DNA of 64,000 nt, from the NCBI RefSeq assembly GCF_003704095.1, contig NW_020846334.1, positions 310,001 through 374,000 of the forward strand, read 5' to 3'. The stretch comes from Pocillopora damicornis (Eukaryota). Under the pieces are notes generated by a model. The model made no database searches. It was not told the DNA's origin and worked only from the letters and a program-made list of their open reading frames with translations. Position 1 is the stretch's first letter, and every line of letters starts with the position of its first letter. The position numbers were made by a program, and so were the translations under genes. This document shows, in pieces, positions 1-13,000 of this stretch.

Positions 1-3000
1 TGTTTAGCCTTTCAAAACGGTTTCAAAAAACCAGAAACCAAACGAAAAACTTCAGAGGGGTTTAAAGAAAAACAAAAGATAATGATATTGCAATTCAAGG
101 CCAAATACTGCTATGAAGCAGTTTCGGTCTTAAGTCACTGGTCACGGGTGAATTGACCCAATTAAAAATATTGCGAAATGAATGCCATTATCAAGATAAA
201 AATCTCGTGCCGACATGCCAAGTCAAAAAGCGATTGGTCAACACGGGGTGTGAGATGTAAATTACTCATCCGATCATTCGTGCAAATGGTTTTCCTTTAT
301 CTTCTAACGACAATGAACGCAGACAAGTAACTCATGCAGCTGTAACCTCTAACCTTAGGCTTCCATAAATCTTGAGAGCTGATTGCGTTGTTAAAACTAT
401 CATTAACCATACATCATATATTACCATCATCACCAGCACCATAGGAAGAAAATTGTACGCTTAAAATGAACCGAATCCCGCTTTACTTGTTGTAAATATT
501 TTGAATGCATCTGTACACGGTCATTCTTTCAAACCCGCGGGTAATATAAAGATTAAGATAACCAGCAGGAGCACAGGCAAATTACTACCAATAAGTGTAT
601 TAAATGAAAGTTCTCACATTTCACGATCGAAAGGGAATAGGGGTAAATCCCACGAGCGTCAAAAGTCTCGAATTTAAAAAAAGAAAAACGCTAAAAAATT
701 TCGGAAAGATTTTTTTTATCCAGATTTGTAAACAATGTCCAATATACTTTATTGCTGTTAGCTACTTGTTATGTTAAAAATACATCGCATGATCATTATA
801 CCACCCTTAGATTTTCGAGCACGTTTCAGTGAGAATCGATTCTAGACACCAGCTGATGGCGAGGAGATTGGACTGTCCCCAGTTATGGTCCCTTTCAAGG
901 CTAATAAGCTTAACTTCGGAAACAATTTCGTCTTATAATTCGTATTTCTGACTGCTGGAACACAAGTTAGATGCTGCGCTTGTTTTGGGCAGACAAAATA
1001 GACCGAAAAGAATGAAACTGAAATCATTTGTCTTGCAGTCAGAAAGTAGGAGGCTTTTTTTTCCTCTACGTTTTCACTCAAAGTACAGCTGTTCTTGTTT
1101 TTCCAAAATGTCGCTCGAGTTTTAATTGTTTACAGTGCGTATAAAATTTATACCATAACTGAAGAGATAATTCGGAAAACAAGTCGTCATAACAGATGGC
1201 GAAAAGAAAAGGTAAAAAAAAAATTCAAGCTCCTATGTAAGGTATTTTTTTTCGAGAAAATAAAGCAACTTTTCCGTGTTGCCTTCGATGACGGTCAATA
1301 ATGGCAAACCAAAAGAATACATCTCGTAACTTGGGTACAACGGTTTGTTTCGTTGCGAATCTCGAAAGATTTCTTAGTTGTTATGAAACGGAAATTGGGT
1401 GTCATCCGGAAGACTTGGCCGATTTCATACACCTACTAGAATGTTTTAACCGGAAACACTCAGCTGTTCTACCACTCCTAACACCCGTTTTCAAAACTGT
1501 ACACGAGCCAAAAATTCTAATTCCTACTTTATTCCATTTCCTGAGCGTAGTGTCTGCGTTATATCGATGCAGGATTACTTTCAAAGTAAGTTATTGGCTC
1601 TACAACCGCCTTCTGCCAAAGAGCCTGGGGTAGTTTTGGCGCTCGATCTTGTCAAATAAAAGCAAATCTACTTTCACTGAGCCTATATCATTTATTGCTA
1701 ATATTTTTAGTTTAACTCGAGGGCCTCTCAGGTAAGGAATGCTATAAAACAACGATAAATTGCTGGTATTCCGGTGTACTTTAAAGAGGTTTCTCGAGTG
1801 TCCTCACTGAAAATGAACTGATAAGTTTCGGCTTCCTTCAAGATGTGACAGTCCCTTTAAATTGACGTCACGAATTTAAACTGGCAAAAAATCAATCTTT
1901 TGTCTGTCACTTAATCGCTAGTTATACTGCTAAAGTTTATTTCAATGGGCTTCTCAAATGCAGAACGATGAATTTTTAGCCGTATGAAGTTGAAGGCTGC
2001 GTGTTTAATTTGATATTTGTGTTGACTGTATTGGATATCTGTACAATATACTTTACTTATCTTTTGCCTAATTGTAAATATTTTACTTTCAGTATATCTA
2101 TGCCCACTGACGTCTAGTTAGTGGTTCCCGAGTAGATTCTTCATAGCAAGAAACTGATGTCGATGATATGTTTGGCTTACCAGGATATGCAACAAAAACT
2201 AACAAGGCAATTAATTTTTTTTAACGCACAAAAAATTACCTATGCATTAGTCTACTTTTTTTCCCATTCATTTCACACTTTTCTTTTCCTACTTTGAAGC
2301 GCAAGAATGAGCGAGGCTGTATGAGTAAAAAAATTCGGCCCCTAAATTTATCGTCCAACACGGACATTTATGTAAACATAGCATCGATGTAAGGAAACAA
2401 AGAAAGATAAACAAAAGTTAAACTTGAAACTTCGAGACATCTATTTTTGTATCCCGCTGTTCATACCAGCCGAGGTACTAAAGCAATTTGGTTCTGAGCC
2501 AAATAATTTAAGCATGATGTATATTGCAGCATTTCCTGCCGTTATCCGGCGTGATTCATTTTTCTTTTATCCCGTTGTAGACGAGACTTCCCCACCGGCT
2601 TTCTACAGTTCATAGTTATTTTAAGACGATTTAGTTGTAGCATCCATATTCGGTCTTGCTTAGGAATTTCTTTTGTACTTTTTCAAGATTCGAGCTAATT
2701 CCTGTTTTGGCTCTCCGTAAACAATAGATACAAACAGCCCTGAACTAGCGACACAGTTCAAACAAAGACAAGCTCAAAATAATTGTGGAGATCTTAAACG
2801 TCGCAAGATGATCCTCTCTCAAACAACTCGAGTTTGTTCCTGTTTCCTGTGCCTTAGGAAACGAGTGAGGACAGGCAAAACAGTGTAGCCAAAATTGGTC
2901 ATGATTTTAGGAAGTTGTTTTACACATAGGAAATTTTCACATCGAATATATTTCGTTGGGTTCTGCTGAAAATAAAGAAGGCTAGTCTGTGAGTTGCTCA

Positions 3001-4249
3001 GAAATGGAAATCCTTGTCCTCGTGTTGCTTTGATAGCTGTGTGTTTTCTTCTCAACAATCTGTTTTCCATTTCGTTCAGCTGGCCAGGTATAAACAGTTT
3101 TGATACGAAAAACAGATTTTTTTGGCTAGAAAAGGAAAAGGAAGAGTTTCATTTCCCCTCATGGTAACGCCTTAATTTTTTCACTGCGTTTGAAAATAGC
3201 TTTCTCCACCTCCTCCGTTAAAAAAACACCTCCGCTCCTAATCATATCCAATTGATAATTTTCCATCTGTCGTTACTTAATCGCCGAGTTTAAAGTCTTA
3301 AAATGCAGGTCACGTATAAGAGTCTCACCTACAAACTGGTATTCCACTAATTTTTTCCTTCAATCATACAATACTGAATATCTGATTTATTTATTTCGAG
3401 GCCTTGAACTTTCTCGCGGGCGAAGAATTGTTTTTACCACAGCGGCAACCGTGAATGAGGGCCAGCTCGTTTTCTGCTCACCTTGCAGAGCACGCTGTTT
3501 TGTTCAACTTATAGAGAAAAGTCTCATATGACTTTCAGGTAAGCTGCTTGTCTGTCCCATGACTGGCTGACTTACTTGCCGGGTGGTGACTGGTGAGAGA
3601 CAAAGTCAGGGTTCAGTAACCTTGTTCAGGAACACACACACGTGCACGAAATATAACCTTAGCTACAGCTTCCATTCCTCTTTAACCGCATTGCACACTG
3701 AGTAAGTTTTCCTGGACACTTTTCATCCCATGAAACAAATCCTCTTAACGCTGATTTGGACTGGAAATTTGTAGAGACGGAGTCGAGGAAAATGACCTCA
3801 TACTGAGCGCATAGGACCATATTTCCCCATCCTTTGAGAACAAGAAAAAATATACCCTTTTCTAATTGTCTCGCAATTTTCTTATTACAAGACGAAAAAT
3901 TCCTTTGACAGAAAAAGCTTCCAACAGCATGTAGCGATTGCATAATTGTAGCACTTTTAAGTTTGCGCGTTGCATGCGCAAGTATTTTAAAATAGTATTT
4001 ATTTTTTCATTTGGGGGCGTAGTCGAGGCGTTGCAGCAGGCGACGTCTTGTGGCCTTCTGACTTGTCTGGTCTGGCAATGACACAGAGAAGGCTGTCTCC
4101 CGTCTCTCCTCTTTAAGCGAAGTGTTTATCAAACTGTTTTTTCGAAATGGGGCTGCGATCTACCCTGTGAGAAAGCTTTCCTTGAGGGCCTGAAAGACTT
4201 CGGTCGAAGGCCAATTGCGACCCCACCGGAATTTTTCCGCCCCCTTCTT

Positions 4250-4814
4250 ATATTTTTAAAGACCCTTACGTCGGTCCGCGTTTTGGTAATGAATATTATC
4301 TTTGCACTTGGCGTTTAGCACACGTGTATGCGAACATAGCGAATCCATCCCTGAATGGCGAGAGAGCTGCAGCTGAAAGACAAACGATAAATATTCCAAC
4401 AGGGCCTAAGAGTCGTGCGAGTGAAGTAGGTCTCGTATTTTGGAGGACAATTGAATATGAATTTGGCGCCGGTCGCCTTAGGAAAATAACGCAACAGTCT
4501 AAATGAAAAATATGACAAAATTGTGGGAGAATATAATTGGCTATCAACAAAAGAAAGTCAAGCCTCTTTTCAGTTTTCAAAATCATCTGGACTGTATTTG
4601 TAGGAAAACAGTTAACAAAGTTTGTTCTTTGTAAATGCACTTAAAACAGTAAGCAAACTGTGACCTTATAATAAACATCTGTCTAAAATATCGTCTATAT
4701 GTGGTTATGGGAAAACAAAAAATATTTTTAAAGACCCTTACGTCGGTCCGCGTTTTGGTAATGAATATTATCTTTGCACTTGGCGTTTAGCACACGTGTA
4801 TGCGAACATAGCGA
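4250..4814 (+). repeat. Perfect 93-bp direct repeat (4250-4342 and 4722-4814) around a 379-bp spacer
   Basis: The two copies of atatttttaaagacccttacgtcgg...gaacatagcga are identical by eye, with an offset of 472 bp. Confidence 0.9.
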
Positions 4815-7800
4815 GCTTTTAGCAATCCTCCTTGTTAGCACCTCACGAAATATATCGGGAACAGTATGGAGTATGTGCGTATTAAACGTAAGGATGTATA
4901 GGGTTTAATGCTAAAAAATTTTCCTTTTAATGGAAGTATCATGTTGGGTAGATTGACAGCGAAATCGCTCTTTTTGCAGCGATCAGAAGGAAAATCTTAT
5001 CAACCTGATAAATTGCGAGAAAGCAATCATGTCCTTAAAATTTCTTAAAAGTTAATGTCGCAGTGATATGAAAGGATTAGCTAGATTAACCAGTGTGCCT
5101 TTTATAAACTGGTTCGCTCCCACGCTTGAGTTGGATTTGCAATAAACATTGTAAATGCTGTTTGAACTTTATCCGCTGAAATCGAATCAGCGATTTACCA
5201 GCGGTAGTAATTTGCTACTCTCTTCAAGTTTGACCTCCTGAAAGTGAAAGTTTCAATGGAGATGCACAGAGAAACCAAAGAAACCCTGGAACTGTTTTTC
5301 ATGGGAAGTTTCTTCAAATATACCTGCCGATTTGGTGCCAATTCCGTCGGGAGACGTGTATGAACAGATCCACCGTGTCCCTTCTTTTGATAGCTTACTT
5401 TGTGCCTGTGAGAGATAAGGTTCTACCATTTGCAACGACAAACATGGCTATAAACAAGTGGTGCAGAAATGTTTTTGACTCGCGTAAAAAGAAAAAAAAA
5501 AATATGACAGAAGCAAAAACCTCAGAGGGCATTCTCTTTGATTTGCAAGAGTAAAGAACGTTCTCTCCCTAGGCCACAAAACAAGCTTTAATGCTAGGTT
5601 CTCGCCATTCGCATTGCTGAGTTCGCTCCAGAGTTTCCTGTCGATTCTAAAGCCAGGTTGAGTCTAAGAAACTTCAAGTTACGCTTAGTTCTTAAAACCA
5701 ATGGACAGAAATTAATAAAACAAAGCAGTTTAAAGCGAAACAAGCCTGCTCAAAATACCACTTTCTTAATTAACACTGAGTCTGTTTTTGTGTTTAACAT
5801 AAATTGAATGCTTTGAAAAGGAGTCTTTTGTTCTGTCAAGTGATCATTTGTTTTTTTTGCACAATAAACTCTGAGAAACTGCTGTTTTTGTTTTTTTGGT
5901 GGCCATTTGATTTGCAAATAAAATGACATGTCTTGTTTTGACGAAGGCCTTTCTTTAATTTCTGAGCACCTGCAGAAATTGTTTCCATGAACTTAAAGCA
6001 ATGAAAATGCTTTTGTGTATTGATTTGATATAGTTAATTCTTCAGCCTTTCCCGGATATAAACTTATAATTTTCTCTCTTAAGTTAGAACTGCTAAAAAT
6101 CGTCCTTAATACCGACCTCCTTCTTTGTCACAACGAACAGTCGTTCATGTTTTATGTTTCCAAAACTAAAAGGACGTGTTTTATTCAATACAGAGCACAA
6201 TTAGTACAGACCATGCTTTCAAAAACAAAGCAACAGGTTCCAGCCGCTCTAAGTTTCTTTTCACACTTTTTACCGCGACACCTGCTTCAACAAAACATTA
6301 GCATATATTCTGCAATGACAAAATGTTGGATGTCTCAAAACATCAAAAGAATTAATATTTTGTCATTTACGTTTCTTTCAAGGGTCGATTTTAGCTTGTG
6401 GCTCTTTAAAATTCGCAAAGCGTTGGAAAATAGCGCATCGTTCTCATTCCGTCACCGAAAGCTATTCCATCGGTTCATTGAATAACGAACGCATGAACAA
6501 ACTCTATTCGCTATATCTACGACCATAAAAGAACGAAACAACTGAAACGAATAAACTCAAACGAAGGCTGATCCAGGCGTAGCATTCACTTGAAGTTTTA
6601 GATACATTGTAGCATTCGTTTGAAATTTGAGATATATTGGTCAGGATGAAGTTTCGAAGCCCTGTGAGCATGCCGAGTGAAAATGTTCGTGAGAACAAAC
6701 AGACAGCGCAAAATTTGAGGTAATTTATTTTCTCAGGCTCTAAAAAAGTTTCCTCTTCTCAAATATGTCGCGGACTTACACGATTCAGTAATCTGCGTGC
6801 TATATTTTCAACAGTCGAAAACCATTTTAGCTTTAGACAATTCGTTCACGCCATGTTTGGGATCCGCCCATCCGATAATAGGGAATTCGTTGGACTATTG
6901 TTCAGTTGGACGAAACAAAACACTCTTCTTCAAACGTCAGTTCTTTTCAACAGCAGATTTCGCGATCGATGTGCACAGAGGTTGATGTGCTACGTAGAGT
7001 GTCATTTGAACGAGGTCTTCATCATCTTACTTTGGGATTCATTTTGAAAATGTTGCGAAGCAGTGTTTAGATGTTTTCCTGGGAGATTTTAATTGCGCGC
7101 TGGTATATTGTCGTAGTCGGTCTTAAAAACAATTTTGAGATTTTCGGCTAAATGCAAAGTTATTGATATGCATATCATTTGTTTATAATAAGATTTTCCT
7201 ACGCCGGCCGTCCATTTGCTGTGGCACTGTTCGTGTGACTTTCACCGTGAATCATACTGTGAGCAATTTGGGATTTGGTTCATATTTTGTGAATCAGTTT
7301 CTCAAAAATATTATTTTCAACATTAGCGCAGGTTTGCGTTTCATTTCATATTTCTTTTAAATGTTGCCCGACTTCATGAGGAGAGGCACTCACTTATCTA
7401 ACCGTAACAAGAACGCTTCCGTTTAAACTACTAGCAATCTTCCCTTCCTTTTCGGCGAAGACCTTTGCGCGAGTAAAAAAATTAGCGAAGAAAGATTGCG
7501 CGTCACGCGGAACACTGGGATTTTGGCGCACGAAAGGTTCCGCTTGGCGGACTAATATCAGTTTTTTCACTGCTTTGTCATGACTCGCGCGACGGAATTC
7601 GCCGAAGAGGAGGGACTGCTCGTAAAACTCACGGTCTAGCTTCCGTTCAACTCAGAAAATACATTTTGAAACTTTCTGGTCCAAAGAAATTAATTTATAA
7701 TTTCAATGATTTAATAAACCCTACATATTTACTCAAGATTTTACCTCATTGGCGAAGGGTTTTGTTTGAATAGCCCACTCGGTTAGAGTAACAAGCGTGT

Positions 7801-8490
7801 GAAACCTTCTGACCTCTTGAGCTGAATTGGGTAAAGTCAAAGAAGTTATTTTAGACAGTTTTGTGAATTCATTTGGTCAGTTATGAACTCATACCTGAAA
7901 ATTGGCTTCGCGGCACGACTGCTACAAACATGAATAAATTCTGAGTTTCATGAAAGAAAATCAGCCCATAGATCTGTATAAACTTGAAAAATGCGGAGGC
8001 GTTATTTTTGTCAGGGAAATATTTAATCATTTATGGCGAGTGTGACAAAATAAATCAATGAAGATTGATTACTCAGGCGGATTCAAGTTTATTGACCTCA
8101 CGATCTCGTGGGAAGATTCTCCACCATTAAGCTGATTAACAACTTTTCACCGAAGTGGAGGTGGCTAATTCGCGGGTTTGTGAATATCCACCTCTAGCCA
8201 CCAACACGGAGGTGGAAAGCTGTTGTAGTATATGCTAAAACAGAGAGATAATTTAGTTTAAAAAGTTGATTTTAACTCCTTTATTCCTGTAACGATTACA
8301 TCTTTGGGCACAAATCCCGCGCGCGTTGCTCGAAGGTGAATAGCAAAGGATTTGAGTAGCCAATCAGAGCGCGGCTTCAACGTCATCGACTGTTTTATTT
8401 TAGACTAGTACCAAAATAATCTGTTTGCTGTAAATACAGTGTATTACTGCATCCGTCATTTATTTATTCGAAGTATACTCATTCTTTCAG

Positions 8491-8845
8491 TTCACCACCA
8501 GACGCCAAGAACCAGAAGGGAACGATTCGCCGACAGGAGAGAGAAGGAAGCCCAAAATGTTACCACTGTGACGGAGAGGAAAACATTACTGTTGAACATT
8601 TCCTGTTGTCCTGCTCAAAGTTTGAAGAGATTCGCTCAGAGCTACTTTGCCAACTCCGCGGCAAGCTGGAAGCTATCGGGGAGAGCGGTTTTCAAGTATG
8701 GGAGACCTTCACAGCAAGCAGCCCTGCATTCCAATCCAAGATCATTCTTGGAGCGCAGAGCTTTGGCGCCGAAGAGGACGAGGCAATCAATCACTTTCGG
8801 ACACAGTACGTCGCCAGGGCCTGGAGCGAGAGGCTTGTGATATGA
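8491..8845 (+). CDS. Putative terminal exon encoding a LINE-ORF2-like C-terminal CCHC zinc knuckle (small orphan gene or LINE relic)
   Basis: Acceptor attctttcag|, then an open frame SPPDAKNQKGTIRRQEREGSPKCYHCDGEENITVEHFLLSCSKFEEIRSELL...VARAWSERLVI*. Phase-2-compatible upstream donors occur at 6719 (ATG 6646) and 3538 (ATG 3528). Confidence 0.5.
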
Positions 8846-10041
8846 GGTCGTTCGCTAGCTTAGTGTAGCCGTAAGGAGAGGGGGGGGAGGGAAAGGAGGT
8901 TACAACTACAGGTAGGCCAGTCGTTCGCTGATGATGCATAACCTCGTTTTCTGATAAATTGTCCCTCATGACTAAGTCATGTTTTCAGTAACCACTCCCT
9001 ATTCTAGCTCTATTTATCAAGTAAAGAAATACAATTATTTTGAATTTTTTCGAGGAATCTAGGAGCGAAATATCTATTGTAATGGCCTGTTTACAGGCTC
9101 TCTTTTCTTACTCTCGAGGAGACCTCGGAAACAGTCATTCTCATTGGATTTTCGGTAATTCTTCTCCGCCTTTTTATTAGTCAGAGAATTGAATCGCTCA
9201 AAATCCAGCCAAAAAATAGTTATCTAAAAAAAAGCAATGAATTATTGAGAAAAAACAAAATTAAACCAAAAAATTAATGAAAAAAAAAAGCCTGTTTGAA
9301 CGACAACTTTCTTCAAAACACAACAGACTGATTAGGCATTCAAAGCGTGTACAAGAATAGGGATCGTAACATACTTCATATAAGTATTAAATAAATTTTT
9401 AGGTCAGTTCTGTAAGTATTTCTGTTATCAGCTTTAATTTAATGTAATAAAATAATCTTCAAGGTTTTGTTTTTGTTGACGTTCGATGTATAGTTACGAG
9501 AAAATGAAAATCGATATCACAGCGAACTATGGCCTTAAAATTAATTCTCATGGGAAACCACTGAAAGATTTTTAGAATGCGCTACTAAATCCGCGCATAC
9601 GTTTGGGCACCTTGCATGCTGAAATAAGCCATGGGCGAAACATTTTGATCCCGCGTAAAATGAACCACTTCAAACGCTAAGAAACTTTTTTTCAGTTTTT
9701 TCATTCCGACAAAGAGTCTGCATCATCGCTTGATTAATTTTGCAAAGTTTGAAAAATCTACGACGTTTTACGAGAACCCTTACCAGGGTACACAATCGAG
9801 ACCTGTCCCAAAATGACCATGGTTTGTCAAGCCCTGATCGAATGACGTTGTTGAGAACATAAAGGTCTTATTCCCATGCACTATTCAACTAAGAACGGAC
9901 ATGAGATCACCACTTTTTACCTATCGCAGGCTAAATGATTAGCGAGCGATAGGCCACAGAAATACCAGATATGTCACAGGATACCGAGCTCGAGGCAAAG
10001 GTTTTGATCTTCTGTAAGTAATTACCATGTTCCCTAACATG

Positions 10042-13000
10042 CTATGTGCTTAGTTTGGAGAACTCCGTGCTCAAAGCTTTCATGACATCCTGGTGAGAAA
10101 ATGTTTCATGGCCACTTTTGATACGAGCGTAGTTTTCTTTAACGAACATGGCAAATCGACTAGGAGTGCGATTCTGCGGTGTGCCATCCTTCTTCAGCGG
10201 TGGAACAAGCTCCAAACGGCTGTAAAAAACGAGAAAGAAGGAGAAAGAACTTGAAAAACTGCAGATCTTAAGCAAAGCCCTAAAGTTGAGAGAATATACA
10301 GTATAATTTGGTTTTATCAACTAAGTTGATGATAAATTGATAATTGGTCACGGTAAACTGACTCTTCGACTGTTAGCCCTGCGTCATTCGCTCTGAAATT
10401 GGAATGATTACTAGGTAGTCTTCTTTACAACTGTTTCGTGGTCTTGTCTTGGAAAGAGCACATTGAAAGTTAAGACCAAAGAAAGGCTGTGCTCTAAGAT
10501 TCATTCAATTTTACATAAACTTACAAGATAATTTGGTGTTATCAACTAAGTTGATAATTTAAATTGGCTACCGCAAAGAGTTTCTATAGCTGACGATTCA
10601 AGCGTTAGCCCTTCGTTAGGGAGTTCCTAAGTTTATTTGCTCAAGTGAGGTCCTAAGTTTCTTTTGCTCAAACGAAAACTACGCCTCCAATTTGTCAAGT
10701 TCGTCATTTACAATCGGTGTTAATCTTCTCCATGGTTGGCCATCCTTGTTCTCTCTTCTCTAAATTTCATCATACGTATATCTTACCGTTTCCTTCAAGT
10801 TTAAGTTATTGTGTTCGTCACAAAAAGGAACGAAAAAATGCTCGATCACAATGTCGCGACGCAGCTCTGAATCTCGCTGTTTTTCTGAAATCTTTTTTGT
10901 AGTAAACTAACCAAATCTCTCTCAAGAACGACACCACGCTAAAAACCAACGCTAGAAAAGACATCAACTTACCTGTGACAATAAGCACATCGACTTTTCT
11001 CCAAATTTACTGACTTAGAGTGACGGCCAAACCTAATAAGTGATAAACATCGGCAGATAAAGATCACTAACACATAATACTCGTGTTTTTGATAGAACTC
11101 ATTCCCAGCCCCAATGTTTAACGACCGACTAGTGAGCTGGTCTTCATTAGTGGCGCTTCGACGCGAGCGTTTCTTTGCTTGCGAGAAATTAAGACGCCCT
11201 GAGCAACGTGAGCCGTCGAGGGGTCTTCAAGAGGTCTGGCACTAATTATTACTAGTGCCAGACCCACGGCAAACCTCTCCCGACGCGTCTCAAATCTTCC
11301 CGAGGGCGGAAAAACGCGCGCAATGATCAGCGGTAAATGATCCATTACCACAGATTCTAGAAGTGTTAGATAACGCACTTTCTAAAGATACTCACGTGTT
11401 CCCACATTTGGTACACCTGTACGTGTATTTGGCTTTGATGGTGTAGCTGTGGCACCGCGAGATCGGCGGCAAGTCTTGATGGACATGATTTGCACGTAAT
11501 GTCCTACAATAGAATCAACGATAAAGAGACTACTGTGAAATAGAGTTCAGAATGTGATTACTACATCTGTAAAAGCCGGTTAAATTAAATAAAATAGGGT
11601 GGTAATTTTATAAAGAACGTCTCACCATCTTTTCCAAACGGGTCCGTGACCAGCTTTGACCCCGCTAATCATCCAGGCAGCAGCGTGACACAGCTCGTGT
11701 ATTAGTGTGTCACGCAAGCGATCTGCAAGTCGCAAAAGTAGTTATTTAAAAGAAGCAAGAGCACGACTCAAGTGCGAAATTGGTCAGACAAATAATGCAT
11801 CAGGTGCTCGATTACTTTCTGCACAATTTAAGTGTGAGAAATATTTTCTTTTCAGTCACCATGGCGAATCATCAGAGTAAAGGTGAATTTGACAAGAAAC
11901 TAAAGAAAATTTATCGTAAAAACAAGGAAACTTCCTACAGCGCGGGAAAAAGCGAGTGACCAAGACACGACTGGTCTTAGATCTGCATCTGATTGGTTGA
12001 GATTTTGGCGCGAGTTTTTAGGACCAATCACAGAGCGACGTAAAACAAGACAGATGCAATCTCGGATTACTTTTGACACTAAACTGAAAACTACTCTCAA
12101 CCGGCCGGTGGGTCAAATCGAGTGAGGCGTACTCCTTCACCCTAAAGTGAAAACAACGGAAACATTGTGGAACAAATCAACAATATCTTGCCTGCGGAAT
12201 CAATAACTTTGTCTGCTAATTCTATCCTGGCCATACGAAGACTGCCTTTCCTAGAAAAAGAAAAATGTAAAAGTTGCATGAACATAGTGTTAAGCCATTT
12301 ACGAGCGAGTGTAGTTGAAACCAAAGGTGATGCGGTGAGAACGGCTAGTTGGAACAAAGGCAAATGTCAAAAGGTGTCAATAAGAGCTTGAGGTGAAAAC
12401 AAGCAAGCTGTCTGAAGCTCGGGTAAACGCGAATAACCAGTTCACGATTGATTATAGGGTTGAAGTGAAGCGAGTTTTACTCCGATTTCAATCAACAATT
12501 AAAGTTACCTGCTGTAGTAGCAGAAGCCAGCAGTGCTGCGCATTCTTGAATTCCATGATATCTGGAAATCTGACGGCAGCTGGCGAAAAATAAATTTCAG
12601 GATATTTAAGGCTTTACTATTGACAAATTTAAAAATACAAGTCAATTGATAAAACTAAATAAATAAATTACCTCTATTTCAAATACCCCCTAATTCAAAC
12701 ATCATAATTTCATCGTGAAAAAATAAGTATCAATTTCACTTTTCTTTTTCCAAGTGCATGAGTGAAAATAAAGGTTACCGTCTTTAAAAGAAGAAATAAG
12801 TTACTTTTAAACGCAATTTTTATCTTCATAACTGCCAGGAAACTACAAATCAGAAGGTTAATTTGTATTACGAGGTACAAAATCCTGTAACCTGGATACT
12901 ACTGGTATCAGTTTTTACCTGGTTATCAAAGACTGTTCGGTTGTACAATTCAAAGAGATCTCTCACAAGTTTCTCTTTGTTCTTCTTAAAATCTTTCTCG

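Noticed and set aside
1711-1731. 21-nt ag|...|gtaagg candidate micro-exon
   Set aside because: It is phase-compatible with 3489-3538, but such matches arise by chance and nothing else supports it.
842-7360. Numerous 60-114 aa ORFs
   Set aside because: They show no domain signal and have composition typical of AT-rich noncoding DNA. Only the short splice-compatible segments are kept as candidates.
8439-8868. Alternative frames of 133 aa and 73 aa over the zinc-knuckle segment
   Set aside because: They have no recognisable motif. The frame ending at 8845 carries the CCHC pattern.
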